Assembly: GCF_006345805.1 (NCBI RefSeq)
Contig: NW_021835149.1
Span: 1 to 37,396 of the forward strand
DNA: 37,396 nucleotides
Source: Octopus sinensis
Taxonomy: Eukaryota
Direction of reading: 5' to 3'
The first letter of the stretch is position 1. The number at the start of each line of letters is the position of its first letter. Below are positions 9,441 through 22,283 of the stretch, piece after piece. Below the pieces are notes generated by a model. That model was not told the origin of the DNA. It did not search any database and was given only the letters and a program-made list of their open reading frames with translations. Made by a program: the position numbers and the translations under genes.

Positions 9441-10154
9441 TGAGGTGTTTGGGTTAATTTTGACTGCATTAAAAGAAAAGAAAACACTATATCCCATCCA
9501 AAAAGGAAAGTATTTCGAAAAATCAAAAAATATCAACAAGATTATGATTTGGGGATAAAAGTTTACTCAAGGTAGCCGTCCTCGATTTCCACTAGGGCCT
9601 CAAGACGGTCTCAAAAGGGCTCCAGCCGGCCTTAAGATGGTTCCACAGCCTCAGAACACTCCAGACGGCCTCAAGACGGCTCAATACGGTCTCAAGAGGC
9701 CTCCAGACGGCCCCAAGACAACCTCAAAACGACTGAAAAACCTGCATCCCCGAGTAAACGTCCAAATACAAGTTGCCTAGCGAGGGATTGACCAGTCTCC
9801 AGCAGCTTCACATAGTAGTCTGAATTGAACCTAAATCCCAGTTCAAATATGAGGAGGTGCCCTATGCCGCGCGAACGCCGTTGGAACACCTGCTGTGACC
9901 CTTCCTGCTAGCCACGTCCTCCCAGTCTCCGCAGCAGACTTCCATGTCTTACAGCTTTCGCAGTATTCACAGAGTGTTGAGCAGTTGTCACGATATCAGC
10001 ATTTTGATACCCGGTCCTCCATGTCACCGAACTTCTTCTTGGCTACAATCTTCAACTTTGTACTCTTCAGAGGTGTTCACTGTTTACCAACACATCCAAA
10101 TGTTCTTGAAAAAAGGAGACATAAAACGCCGTCAAATTTAGCACGAACACTCTG
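9441..10154 (-). mobile_element. Internally deleted Tc1/mariner-superfamily (maT/DD37D-like) transposon
   Basis: Ends TA-CAGAGTGTTCGTGCTAAATTTGAC (at 10154) and degenerate TA-TGAGGTGTTTGGGTTAATTTTGAC (at 9441), 16/24 identical. Peptide relics GYQNADIVTTAQHSVNTAKAVR, IFELGFRFNSDYYVKLLET and C-terminal RLEALVEIEDGYLE*. Confidence 0.68.
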
Positions 10155-10399
10155 TATATAGACATATACATACATATACACGCACGCATGGTTGTATGTA
10201 TGTATATATGTATGTATGAATGTATGTTTGTATGTGTGCATTTATGTATATACATTATTCTTTAACAAGAATATTGCGGCCAGCTTAGCCATCATGGGAC
10301 TGTGGTACACTTGAGTTTGTTTTAGCGCTATATATAGTCTCTGTTAACTTAAAATTTTTTCCGATAACCTGAGCCCTGTTGAATGATAATTAGGCTGTA

Positions 10400-10990
10400 T
10401 GGCAGGTTGAGCTGCAAAATATTATGTAGGGTTTTAATTGCTTAAATTTGAGCTTTTGTTTATTATTTTGAATTTATTTATCCATGCAGAGCTTTGCAAT
10501 CAGATGTGTATATTTAGGAGTCTCATCTTCAGGTCAGAAGCATCCCAAAAGAATGAAGTTAATATGTTGGTCAGCAGATGTGTCGTTAGGTTTAGTTGTT
10601 GTTGGGGGTCTTTTGTATGTTAATGAGAGATTTAAACTTTTGTTAAGTGCAGTTCAGTATTTAAGTCTTTGGCCATAAGTCCTTAATTCAACAATTTTCA
10701 GACACGTAACGACTGCTTGGCGAATAGCTTTGTCACTCTCTGCAGATCTTGGAGTGGCTCAGCTATTGGCACAATGGTCTCCATAAAGTTTATCTCGAGC
10801 TCGCAACCTGCAACCTGCAGTAAAGAATGCAATACCAAAGACACCTGTAAGTTCCCAATAATCTCCGACCAGAAAGTGCTCCAATAAAAACCGCGTAGTT
10901 GAATTTCATCGAGATCCAAACAGTCTCTAGGAGACTGTCGGTGATACTCGCCTCTAAAGTTCACATTGTACCACCCGCCCATATTACCCG
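10400..10990 (-). mobile_element. Old Tx1/L1-like ORF2 C-terminal relic
   Basis: Minus strand DEIQLRGFYWSTF...RDKLY...SDKAIRQAVVTCLKIVELRTY loosely parallels the element at 1-230 (LFRRTF...PVRD...SDETVLHAQVQCPGIAYLWGY); heavily mutated. Confidence 0.45.
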
Positions 10991-11123
10991 CCTGTTATAA
11001 AAATATGAATATCTGACAATATTCCAGACTATCAAACTCTCAGGCAGAGTGTCGCTGAATGTTGTTGAATGTTGTCGGGAATTGGTTCCTGGAGATAATT
11101 TTTAAAAATTTCAGTCTAAACGC

Positions 11124-11331
11124 TTTTACTTGTTTCAGTCATGTGACTGTGGCCATGCTGGAGCACCGCCTTTAGTCGAGCAAATCGACCCTAGGACTTA
11201 TTCTTTGTAAGCCTAGTACTTGTTCTATCGGTCTCTTTTGCCGAACCGCTAAGTTACGGGGACGTAAAAACACCAGCATCGGTTGTCAAGCGATGTTGGG
11301 GGTGACAAACACAGACACATAAACATATACG

Positions 11332-11401
<70 letters not shown>

Positions 11402-11564
11402 CGACGGGCTTCTTTCAGTTTCCGTCTAACAAATCCACTCACAAGGCTTTGGTCGGCCCAAGGCTATAGTAGAAGACACTTGCTCAAGGTGCCACGCAGT
11501 GGGACTGAACCCGGAACAATGTGGTTCGTAAGCAAGCTACTTACCACACAGCCACTCCTACGCC
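11124..11564 (-). mobile_element. Full-length family-B tRNA-derived SINE with internal microsatellite
   Basis: Minus strand A-box-like TGGCTGTGTGG, B-box-like GGTTCAGTCCC, internal (TA)n(TG)n, tail GGCGGTGCTCCAGCATGGCCACAGTCACATGACTGAAACAAGTAAAAG. Confidence 0.92.
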
Positions 11565-11980
11565 TACACACACTCACAGATACACACACCAACATATATA
11601 TATACACGCATATATATATACATGTGTATATGTATGTATAAATACACGTGTGTGAATATTTATATATATATATATACATATATATATGTATACGCAGAGG
11701 GAGAGAACGAAAGAGAAATATGTATATATATATATACACACACACACACACATATATATATACATATATATATGTGAGTGTTGTGTGTGTGTGTGTGTTT
11801 GTGTTTGTGTGTGTGTGTGTGTATATGTGTGTCGAAACCTATCAATTCATTTATATAACACTAATAATTAGTCTCTGTTGCATGATCTATCGTTAATAAT
11901 TAGAAACTAGATGATGAGGAGAAAAGCAATCAGCAGCGAGGATTGAGGCTTGATTTGTGTTGGCAGGGGAGGATTGGTGA

Positions 11981-12040
11981 GGTCAGCTGTGGTCAGCTGT
12001 GGTCAGCGATGGTCAGCTATGGTTAGCTATGGTCAGTTAC
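11981..12040. repeat. 10-bp minisatellite GGTCAGCT(G/A)T x6
   Basis: Six consecutive units directly visible. Confidence 0.9.
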
Positions 12041-12300
12041 ATACAAACTAAGGTATTAAGCACAATAGGATATTAGTCACGTCCACGAATGATCGCCTGT
12101 GTTAGGGAGATGCAAAGACTAACACAAAATAATTATGGTCCTATATACACCCGCACATGGAATTATATATACATACATGCACGTGACACGCAATGGCACG
12201 TGCATGCAACATGAGCGTACGTATTCAAACGGTTTTTCAAGACATGGGGTGGGGCAAAGACATAGTCACGCATACACACTCATACACATATAAGTATGTG

Positions 12301-12339
<39 letters not shown>

Positions 12340-12344
12340 TAATA

Positions 12345-12590
12345 TATAAATTAGATAAAAGCCACTATTATGCAATTCAAACAATGATAGACATAAACCA
12401 AATCATAAATAAAAAATAAAATATATATTAAAACATATAACTAGATCACAAAAAGTACAAAAAGGAATAAACAATATATAATAAGTAAAAAAAAACTACG
12501 TACGTTTCATGGCTATAATTTAAGTTCGAATTACAATTCAAATTTAATCTGAATTGAATTTTTCCCTGTAAGTTTGGACTCCCTAATATT
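12345..12590 (-). mobile_element. AT-rich Penelope-like terminal-repeat fragment with half hammerhead, between microsatellites
   Basis: Minus strand AGCCAT-GAAAC-GTAC-GTA (12514-12497): GAAA plus palindromic stem III ACGUACGU and a GUA site. The CUGANGA half is missing. Confidence 0.4.
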
Positions 12591-12824
12591 ATGTATGTAT
12601 GTATGTATGTATGTATGTGTGTGTGTATGTATGTATGCGTGTGAATAGTATTTACTCAAACGCCGCATCTTCAGATCTTTGTTGCTAATTCAGTTCTTCA
12701 CTAAATTGAAAGCTGTTAACATTTTTGAAGAAGACTGGTCCCTAGCTACATTTTGGCATAATAAATTGAGATGATTTGATCCAGTAGAAAAAGTTTACAT
12801 TAAAATTTGTAGCAACGCTATAGG

Positions 12825-13115
12825 AGTGTAAGTAATGCCACCAATTAAATTTAGATCTAAAAAACTTTTTTTTTATTTCAAAAGCAAAATATATTTATCT
12901 TAGATTCAACGATAGGAGAAAGCATGGAGAATTTCATAGTTTTGTTCCCATGCAACAAAAATTTGTATCAAAAATATCATGAAAAAAATATAAGTAAGGC
13001 CCAAAATTGGATTTAGATATAATTAACTTTTTTATTTTAAAAACAAACTATATTTTAATTAAGCTTAAATGATAGAGCTCAATTCAAGGAATTTCGTAGT
13101 ATCAATCTCATGCAA
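12825..13115. repeat. Degenerate tandem duplication, period about 163 bp
   Basis: TAAGTAA..CC..AATT..ATTTAGAT.TAA..AACTTTTTT...GATAG...GAATTTC.TAGT...CATGCAA occurs twice. Confidence 0.65.
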
Positions 13116-13381
13116 TGAAGTTTTAAAAGAACAAAGTTATGAGTGTTTGTTTCTCAAATTTGAGGGTGATAATATAGTTCTATACTTTTTTATGAATATA
13201 GTTCTGTTGGGGACTTTTAATATATGACACCGGCGTCATTCAGCTACAGAAAAAAATTATCAACGACATCGCTAATTGACACAGTTGACACATTATTAGT
13301 TAGCATAATAGCATAGCCTGGTAAAAACATGGATTATATGGGAAAATGCGAGCAAGAGAAATAATATTCTTAAGGTTATAA

Positions 13382-13460
13382 GCCTGGAAAATTGCAGGAC
13401 AAGTTATTACACTTGGCAAAGTTCAGGACAACTATTACATCTGGCGAAGTACAGAAGAAG
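13382..13460. repeat. About 29-bp minisatellite, 2.7 copies
   Basis: CTGGAAAATTGCAGGACAAGTTATTACA / CTTGGCAAAGTTCAGGACAACTATTACA / TCTGGCGAAGTACAG. Confidence 0.7.
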
Positions 13461-13721
13461 AGAATTTATACTTAAAATATTGCAGCTAAGGATATAATTT
13501 GAATATTAAAAATTATTTTATTTTAATTTACAAAGTAACATTATAATTAAAAACGGTATCATCATTTTGTTAAAATATTGACAGAGTAGAATTAAAAAAT
13601 GAGACCCAGAAGTACCAATATGGCTAAAGTTTGATGCAAAGTAGAACAGTATATATGGTAGGCAAATCCATTATGTAAAAAATAAGACATTGGGTCAATA
13701 CTAAAAATGTGAAGACTTACG

Positions 13722-14140
13722 CTTTTACATGTTTTACTTGTCTTACTCTTTAACTTGTTTCAGTCACTTTACTGCGGCCATGCTGGAGCACCGCCTCTAG
13801 TCGAGCAAATCGACCCCAGGACTTACTTTTTGTAAGCCTAGTGCTTCTTCTATCGGTCTCTTTTAGCCGAATCGCTAAGTTACGGGGACATAAACACAGC
13901 AGCATAGGGTGTCGAGCGATGGTGAGTGGGGGGTAAACACAGACACACAAACATATAAACACACATACATACAAATATACGACGGGCTTCTTTCAGTTTC
14001 CATCTACCAAATCCACTCATAATGTTTTGGTCGGCCCGAGGCTATCGTAGAAGACATTTGACCAAGGTACCACGCAGTGGGACTGAACCCCGAACCATGT
14101 GGTTCGAAAGCTAGTTACTCACCACACAGCCACTCCTGCC
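13722..14140 (-). mobile_element. Full-length family-B SINE
   Basis: Same head, body and tail as 11124-11564; shorter internal microsatellite. Confidence 0.9.
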
Positions 14141-14639
14141 CTTATGGCAATAACTCATGCAAATTTTTGTATTATTCTATTTATTGTACTACTACTATTT
14201 TTTTTAAACCTATTTTCAAATTTCTAATTATTAATTAATAATTAAAGACATGAATTTTTTAAAGTGCAAAAAATATTTTAATTGAATTGTTTTTTTTTTC
14301 TTTTTATAGAAGTAACAAGTAATAACAACTAGAAGTAATAACTTGTAATGAAATTTTTAGTTTTAATAAAAGCTAATATTTTCTAAAACTAAATATTTTA
14401 TTTGAAATTTTATCCTTAGCTGCAATGTTTTAGTTTGGCAACATCTTTGGGGATAGCAGCAGATGGTCTGATGGGACCATTGGTTTCCTGTTGGAAAAGT
14501 AGACAAGAAACATCTTGTAGACAGGCATGGGAATGCTACAATCACAAAAGCGTCGAACTAAGGCAAAGTGTGAAGCTAAATGATCAGAGTATATACATGT
14601 TCTTACATACACGTTCACATGAGTGTTTGAATGTGAGTT

Positions 14640-15405
14640 TATATGTGTATATGTATGTTGTGTGTGTATGTGTGTGTGTATGTGTGTCTCTGTGTGTATA
14701 TGTGTGTATGTGTGTGTCTATATGTGTGCGTATGTGTGTATGTGTGTGTGTGTGTATGTTGTGTGTGTGTATTGTGTATATGTGTGTATGTGTGTGTATG
14801 TATGTTGTGTGTGTATGTGCGTATATGTGTATGTGTGTGTATTTATGTTGTGTGTGTGTATGTGTGTGTATGTATAAAAACGGATCTGTAGACTGTTCTC
14901 GCTGTTTTGGTTTAAAGTCTATTCTCCCTCGGTAGGGGTGGTCGCCGAAGAATGAGCTGCCAGGAGCTAAATCGGAATCATGTCATCATCAGCATCAGCA
15001 ACATCACCATGATCATCGTCATCATCATTGCCGTCCTCATCATTGCCGTCCTCATCAATGCCGAACTTCCATCAGCACATTGGCATTAGACAAAAAATAA
15101 CAATAACGACAAATCTACTGCCATTCAAAAATACCACCACCACCATCACCGCCACCATCGCCGCCACCACAATCACCGCCACCACCACCACTACCTCCAT
15201 CACCACTCACTTCGCTAATACAACCAGAAGCACTAATAACAACAGCAATAACAAAACTGCCATCAAGAGCAGTCACCAACATCAAGAGTACTGCCAAAGA
15301 CCTCAGCAGTGGTGGCCATCAGCATCAATCAACGACCACGTCACATCCACCAATGTCCCTCATCACTTTTCTATGTCAGTTGCATTTCGTGACATTACTT
15401 TCATG

Positions 15406-15464
<59 letters not shown>

Positions 15465-15560
15465 ATCTATCTATCTCTATTTATCTAGCTACCCGTTTCT
15501 CACTCTTTCTCCCTCACTCTCTCTCTATTTCTCTCTCTTTCCCTTAAATATATATATATA
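14640..15560. repeat. Compound (TG/TA), (CAT/CAC/AAC) and (TC) low-complexity block
   Basis: Directly visible; source of the Val-Cys, poly-Thr and Ser-Leu ORFs. Confidence 0.85.
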
Positions 15561-15573
15561 TATAATTTTTCTC

Positions 15574-15968
15574 TTTTACTTGTTTCAGTCATTTGACTGC
15601 GGCCATGCTGGAGCACCGCCTTTAATCGAGCAACTCGAACCCCGGACTTTTTTTTTTGTAAGCCCAGTATTTATTCCATCGGTCACTTTTTGCCGAACCG
15701 CTAAGTGACGGGGACATAAACACACCAGCATCGGTTGTCAAGCAATGCTAGGGGGACAAACACAGTCACACAAACATACACACTCATACATATATATACA
15801 TATATCCGACAGGCTTCTTTCAGTTTCCGTCTACCAAATCCACTCACAAGGCATTGGTCGGCCCGAGGCTATAGCAGAAGACACTTGCCCAAGATGCCAC
15901 GCAGTGGGACTGAACCCTGAACCATGTGGTTGGTAAGCAAGCTACTTACCACACAGCCACTCCTGCGC
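15574..15968 (-). mobile_element. Full-length family-B SINE
   Basis: Same head, body and tail as 11124-11564. Confidence 0.92.
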
Positions 15969-15996
15969 ATGTATATATATATATATATTATATATA

Positions 15997-16050
<54 letters not shown>

Positions 16051-16385
16051 TTGTATATGTGTGTGTGTGTGTGTGTGTGCGTGTGTGTGTGTGTGTGTGA
16101 GTGTCTGTGTGTAGATATAGATACATAGATAGATAGATAGATATGCATACATATATTTATCTATCTACCCATCCTTCTATTCATCCATAAAGTGCTCTCT
16201 AGCCCGCTCTCTCCCTCCCCCCTCTCTCTCTCTCTCTCACTCTCTCCCTCCTTCGCTTGCTCTCTTCCTGCATATCCACTGTATATGTGTCTGTGTGTAA
16301 ATATTCATATAAATCTATGTGTGAAAAACATATACATGCAAATATAAATTTATATACATATATATGTATGTATATATATATGTAC

Positions 16386-16416
<31 letters not shown>

Positions 16417-17334
16417 CATATATATGTATATATATATATGTGTATGTGTGTGTGTGTGTGTGTAGATACATATATATATATGTATATATATACATACATT
16501 TATATATGTATGTATATATATATAGTGTGTGCGTATGTTGGTTTGTTTGTGTGTGTATGTGTGTGTGGTCAGTACACTTCGTTTTCTTCCTCTCTCTTCT
16601 TCAATGTCTTCCCCTCCTCCACCCCAGCTGACAACTTATTGTTGCCATAGTGACGGTCACGCCAGAACTGCGCCATGTAAACAGAGAAGTGCGGAGTAAT
16701 TCAATGACTCCGTTCCCCCCCAAACCCTCCACCTAACTCCCTCTCCATCATAATATTTCTAACACACACACACAGACACACGCACCCACGCACTCATTCA
16801 CAAGTACAGGGTACCTTGAAAGTGCGATATAAGAAGCGGGGTGCGTATGGTGCCATACAGTGGGTGGGTATTTGCTGGGTGCCGTGTGGTGGTGAATCAT
16901 GATATTGTGCTTGGTTGACATACGGCATATACATCGCGATGTACGGGTATATATATAAATATATATTTGCTATTGTTAATTAGCTCTTCTCTTTGTCAGC
17001 AGAAAACAACGTGATATTAATGAAATTTCGCTGTTATTTCTAGCCAGTCAGCTGACCGCATAAAGACTTACACTTTGAGCCGTGTTGTACACGGTTTAAT
17101 GAGCTAACATAGTTGATGTTTCGTCCGGGGCCAGTAAACTTATAATCATCAAAGGTGTTCCAACCATACCCATCCCGTATAGAACCATATTATCTAATAC
17201 TTCTTTTTGTCAACATGAGGACAATATGAGGACAATTTCGGTGTGATTTCTAGCCGGTCAGTTGGCTGCATAAAGGCTTACACTTTGGGTTGTGTAATAA
17301 ATAGTATAAAGGGCTGTTGTTGTTGTAATTTGAT

Positions 17335-17480
17335 GGCGCGTAGCCTAATGGTTATCGTGTATGGCTCGTAATCATTTGATGGCGGTTTCGTATCCTGGGC
17401 TTTGCGTCCTTGAGCAGGACAGTTCCTTTCATTTTTGCTCTAATCCACTCGGTTATAGATACGGACCAACCTAGTGCGCA
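17335..17480 (+). mobile_element. Old tRNA-head SINE fragment
   Basis: TAGCCTAATGG (A-box-like), GTTTCGTATCC (B-box-like), then GCGTCCTTGAGCAGGACA...TTGCTCTAATCCACTC central domain. Confidence 0.6.
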
Positions 17481-17794
17481 ACGCTCTGTCGCTTTTACTC
17501 TCCTCCAGCTGTCACTATCCGTGATGTACCTCTGGCTCAGGGGCGAGAGAGCCGAGAAAGTGTCTGCATCTGCTCGCAATTACACAGGAACCTAAAACAA
17601 TCAACGATATTAATCGCCGTGCTCCCACGTACTCACTTCCGGGAGGCTGCTAAACATATCTCATTGCTTTCATCCGCTATATCTAGGACTAAATGCATTC
17701 GAGTTGTGACCCTACTAATACCTCTGGGTACACAACTAGTTGACAGATGGGCTCACAATCAAGTGGTCTTTCTATAAAATAGATGTTTCCTAAT

Positions 17795-17991
17795 CACTTG
17801 GTCCCGGGTTCAGTCCCTTGGGGAGGTGTCTTCTACAGCTTCGGGCTGACCAAAGCCTTGTGAGTGGATTTGGTAGACGGGAACTGAAAGAAGCCCGTCG
17901 CATATATATGTGTGTGTGTACAGCTGTGCGTGTGTATATGTATGTATATATATATATACACATATACATATACATACATACATATATATAT

Positions 17992-18050
<59 letters not shown>

Positions 18051-18330
18051 GTGTGTGTGTGTATGTCTGGGGAGAGTCATTTTCTTTTTGTATCTTATAA
18101 TTTAACTCACTCACACACACACATGTATATATGTGTGTGTGCGTGTGTATGAGGAGCTCCTTTCAGCTTCCGTCTACGAAATCCACCCACAAAGCTTTGG
18201 TCAGTCCGTGACTAGACTAAAAGACATCTGCAAAAGGTGCCACGCAGTGGAACTGAACCCAAAGCGTTGTGGCTGGGAAGAAAACCTTTTACCGCATAGC
18301 TACTCCATGCATCTGTGTATATAAATATTT

Positions 18331-18374
<44 letters not shown>

Positions 18375-18401
18375 AGTATGTATGCACACACACAAACACA
18401 C

Positions 18402-18436
<35 letters not shown>

Positions 18437-18720
18437 AAGAAAGAGAGAGATGTATCTGTATATATCAGTACGTATGTGTGTCTTTGTACCTGTGTTTGCC
18501 CCTCCCCTCCCATATGACCACCACGGTTTGATAACCAGTATTAACATGCTTAAGTCCCCGTAGCATAGCGCTTCAGCAAAAGAAACCGACAGAATAAACA
18601 CTAGGAATAAGTACAAAAATAATAAGCACCAGAGTCGATTCGTTCGATCGAAAGTCCTTGAAGGCGGTGCTCCAGCATGGCCGCACTCTTATGACTGAAA
18701 CTAGTAACAGAATAAAAGCT
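17795..18720 (+). mobile_element. Family-B SINE whose internal microsatellite is expanded and hosts an inverted SINE half
   Basis: 5' half at 17795-17900 and 3' half at 18470-18720 are in the same orientation, separated by microsatellites and a minus-strand head. Confidence 0.75.
18148..18310 (-). mobile_element. Family-B SINE 5' half, inverted and nested
   Basis: Plus strand CTTTCAGCTTCCGTCTACGAAATCCAC...GGTGCCACGCAGTGGAACTGAACCC. Confidence 0.8.
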
Positions 18721-18966
18721 CAAAAGATAACAGAGAAGGACAAACTACTTTCGAGAATCTGAACGAATCAGATCTAAGATGTTACGTTCTGACTTAGAAG
18801 ACACGAAATAGATCGGTTTTGTAACTTTCTAACATCTTAAGATATATGAGTAAGGACATCCGGGTTATTCATAGACTATACATTCGATACACACACATAC
18901 ACATACACTTATATGTCTGCGTATGTATATAAAATATATGTATATATATATATATACATACATACA

Positions 18967-19000
<34 letters not shown>

Positions 19001-19067
19001 CATATATATATATATACACACATATATATATATATACACACATATATATATATATATACACACACAC

Positions 19068-19101
<34 letters not shown>

Positions 19102-19252
19102 ACACGCACGCACAGAAATGAATAATATATCGGTATATGTATATTGCATATATGTGTATTTTACATACATTTACACACGTATATATACACATACACGCAT
19201 ATATACATATAAGTTACACATATGTAAAAACAAATATATACATGTATATACA

Positions 19253-19285
<33 letters not shown>

Positions 19286-19292
19286 GTGTGTG

Positions 19293-19343
<51 letters not shown>

Positions 19344-20131
19344 TGTGTCTGTGTATGTATGTGTTTATATATAGACACATTATTCATACATACATACATA
19401 CATCTCTGAAAAATTAGGATAGAAAATTACATAGATTGCGTAGCATAATTCTCCAAAGATATCAGAAGAAACTAAACTACAACAACAACAACAACAACGA
19501 CAGCAATAACAACAACAACAACAGTAGCACTAACAACAAAAACAAAACCGATATTTTTGTATGATTTATATTCTCTCTATATCTATCATTGATTGATATT
19601 ATTTCCTTTCTTCATACCAATGACTCGGATCTCATTTGCATACACGCCATTTGACCAGGACTGGTGGTTTTGCTTTCAATTTGCAAGGCGGTTTCTGACA
19701 ACGGAGCTTAACTTCATCGCTAAAACACCGACATTGTTATTCATTCAATGATGGCGGATGAGATCGTTTGCAATTTATCTGCCATTTTGTTTCGTTAGTA
19801 AGATGATGTTTGCTTTGACGAATTACTATGTAAATATTGCGGTGATGGTAGTAGTGTCGGTGGTACGTGACGGTGATGGTAAGGGTACAGTAGGAAGGCT
19901 ATAGAGGTAGATTATCAATACAGATATCGTGTGCTTAGATTGATTATTGTGTTGTCGGTCGGGCTATTGTAGTTGGATGTAGCCATTTACATAAACAACC
20001 AATTAATAAACATTTGTCCAGAAACGCTATTGTCCGTTGATGTCACCATAAATAATATATAGACCCGATACCATTCACTTTCAATTTCATTTCATTATCT
20101 TATAATCACTTTATATCCGTCCGTTCCTAAC

Positions 20132-20147
20132 ATTATTATTATTATTA

Positions 20148-20180
<33 letters not shown>

Positions 20181-20219
20181 TATTATTATTATTATTATTA
20201 TCATTATTATTATTATATA

Positions 20220-20254
<35 letters not shown>

Positions 20255-20519
20255 CATTATTATATTATTATTATTATTATTATTATTATCATTATTATTA
20301 TTATTATGATTATATATTATTATTATTATCATTCATGAGTGCATTCAGTGCGGCGGCGTCTTGCATTAATTGGAAACCTGTTCGTTACTGATCCTCCCCT
20401 CTTCTCCTCTTCCGCTTCATTCCTCTCCTCTTCCTCACCGTCATCGTCGTCGTCGTTGTCCTTCTCCTCCTCCTCTTCTTCCTCCTCCTCCTCCTCCACT
20501 TCTTACTCCTTCTACTACA

Positions 20520-20550
<31 letters not shown>

Positions 20551-20742
20551 GTCAAGGAAGGACGCTTTTAGATATATTTTATCAGGCGGGATGTTCACGG
20601 TTGGAACGCTTTCAATCATTGATCTTAAAGCGGGCTTACTTTTCCCAAACAACGACAAAACCAACAACTACTACGGCCGCTATTACAACTATTAAAACTA
20701 CTGCCACTACTACTACTACCACCACTACTGCCACCACCACTG

Positions 20743-20775
<33 letters not shown>
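20132..20775. repeat. (TAT)n, (TCC/TCG)n and (TAC/CAC)n trinucleotide tracts interleaved with short unique segments
   Basis: Directly visible. Confidence 0.9.
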
Positions 20776-21119
20776 GTATTGAAACATGTTAAGATTACAT
20801 TTCTCGTCGGTTTTGTTAGATTTGCTAGCAACAGGTACTTGCTTGTAATTCCACACTTCATGGTGGATTTGTTTCTGGTCCCAGGTAGGGAACAGCTGGA
20901 AGTGAACAGGCTTATTAATGGTCTTTTTGGTTGCAGCTATTGATATATTACAGCGTTGCTTCTCGATCACCCAGCCCTCCCCCTCCCCCAGCCTTTTCAC
21001 GTGCAGTCAGTCAGTCAGTCAGCGATATGAAAGATCTTCAGTTACGAATTAGACTCTTGGAAAATATCGAAATTTCTCTGAAGTAAGGAAGAATGTCCCG
21101 GTTTGTTATTAATGGGTCC

Positions 21120-21510
21120 ACATTTTAGCACAATGCCAGCAAGTTTGGGTGGGTGGGGTAAGACGATTACATCGTCCCCAGTGTTCAACTGGTACTTCTT
21201 TTATCGACTTTGAAAGGATGAAAAGTAAAGTCAACCTCGGAAGAATTTGAACTCCAATCGTAAAGACGAAGCATTTTGCCTGGCGTGCAAACGATTCTGC
21301 CAATAATAATAATTATGATAATGGTTTCAAATTTTCGTAGGAAGCCAGAAACTTTGATGAGAAGGGAGCACGTTGATTACATCGACCCCAGTACCTGACT
21401 GGTACTTTATGTTATCGATTCCGAAAGGGATTTGCAAAATTGGAACAAAGAAAGTAAAAAGGATTGTTAAGAATTCTGTCCGATGCGCTAACGATTCTGT
21501 CAGCTCGCCA
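21120..21510 (-). mobile_element. Two degenerate tandem family-A SINEs separated by an (AAT)n tract
   Basis: Both show ATCG.CCCCAGT...ACTGGTACTT...TTATCGA and end in AACGATTCTG. Confidence 0.75.
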
Positions 21511-21544
21511 CTTTAGCAATAAAAGTAATAATAATAGCAACAAC

Positions 21545-21942
21545 AGGAAGCGCAATGGCCCAATGGTTAGGGCAGCGGACTCGCGGTCGAAGGATCACGG
21601 TTTCGATTCCCAGACCGGGCGTTGTGTGTGTTTATTGAGCGAAGACACCTAAAGCTTCATGAGGCTCCGGCAGGGGCTGGTGGCGACCCCTGTTGTACTC
21701 TTTCGCTCCAACTTTCTCTCACTCTTTCTTCCTGTTTCTTATCCCCGACTTCCTACGCAACCGCTGAGCCTGGATGCGGATTCATGCATCCGTCGATGCT
21801 CTCGGTGTCGGGGGTTGACCTGCTTTCTCTTCTGCGGGTCTTACGTATAGCAAAGCACCACGTTTCGGACTTCTCCCACTACAGAGGCGCAATCTTGCGA
21901 AGACGAAGGCCGCTTCGCTCAACAGCAACAGCAGCAACAACA
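21545..21942 (+). mobile_element. Full-length family-C SINE, tail variant 1 ending in CAA/CAG repeats
   Basis: A box TGGCCCAATGG, B box GTTTCGATTCC; highly similar to 36877-37255 (-). Confidence 0.92.
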
Positions 21943-22239
21943 TTCATAACGTGTTTCCGTCTTTGTTTGAATGAATATTATGTTCTATTTGTGGAATCTA
22001 TTGTGAGGTTTTTTAGGGGTGAGTTACTAAGAAATTTGGAGAACTGCAACATTGAGTGTTTCACTGGAATTTCGTTTCATTTTATCGATACCAGAAGGAG
22101 GGAAAAACAAAACTGACCTCGACAAGGCTTGAACTTAAACCATAAAAAACCGGAACAAATAACTTGGGAAGATATCTGAAGAAGGAATCAGTATTTATAT
22201 AATATACATTTTCTGACCTGAAATATTGAGCCAAGGTGC

Positions 22240-22270
<31 letters not shown>

Positions 22271-22283
22271 AAGCAACAAGATG

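Noticed and set aside
15028-15708. 226-aa Thr/Ser-rich mucin-like ORF
   Set aside because: Concatenation of CAC/AAC and TC microsatellites running into a SINE tail.
17021-17297. Diverged direct repeats of about 70 bp that could be LTRs
   Set aside because: No TG...CA ends, PBS, PPT or TSD; more likely duplicated fragments of an old interspersed repeat.
20820-20890. Possible small plus-strand exon (TTGTTAG...CCCAG|GTAGGG)
   Set aside because: Weak acceptor, unrecognisable peptide and no partner exons.
21545-21620. tRNA-like sequence (also 8590-8662, 26663-26730, 37180-37255)
   Set aside because: SINE heads: A/B boxes are present, but there is no convincing cloverleaf or terminator and they continue into SINE bodies.
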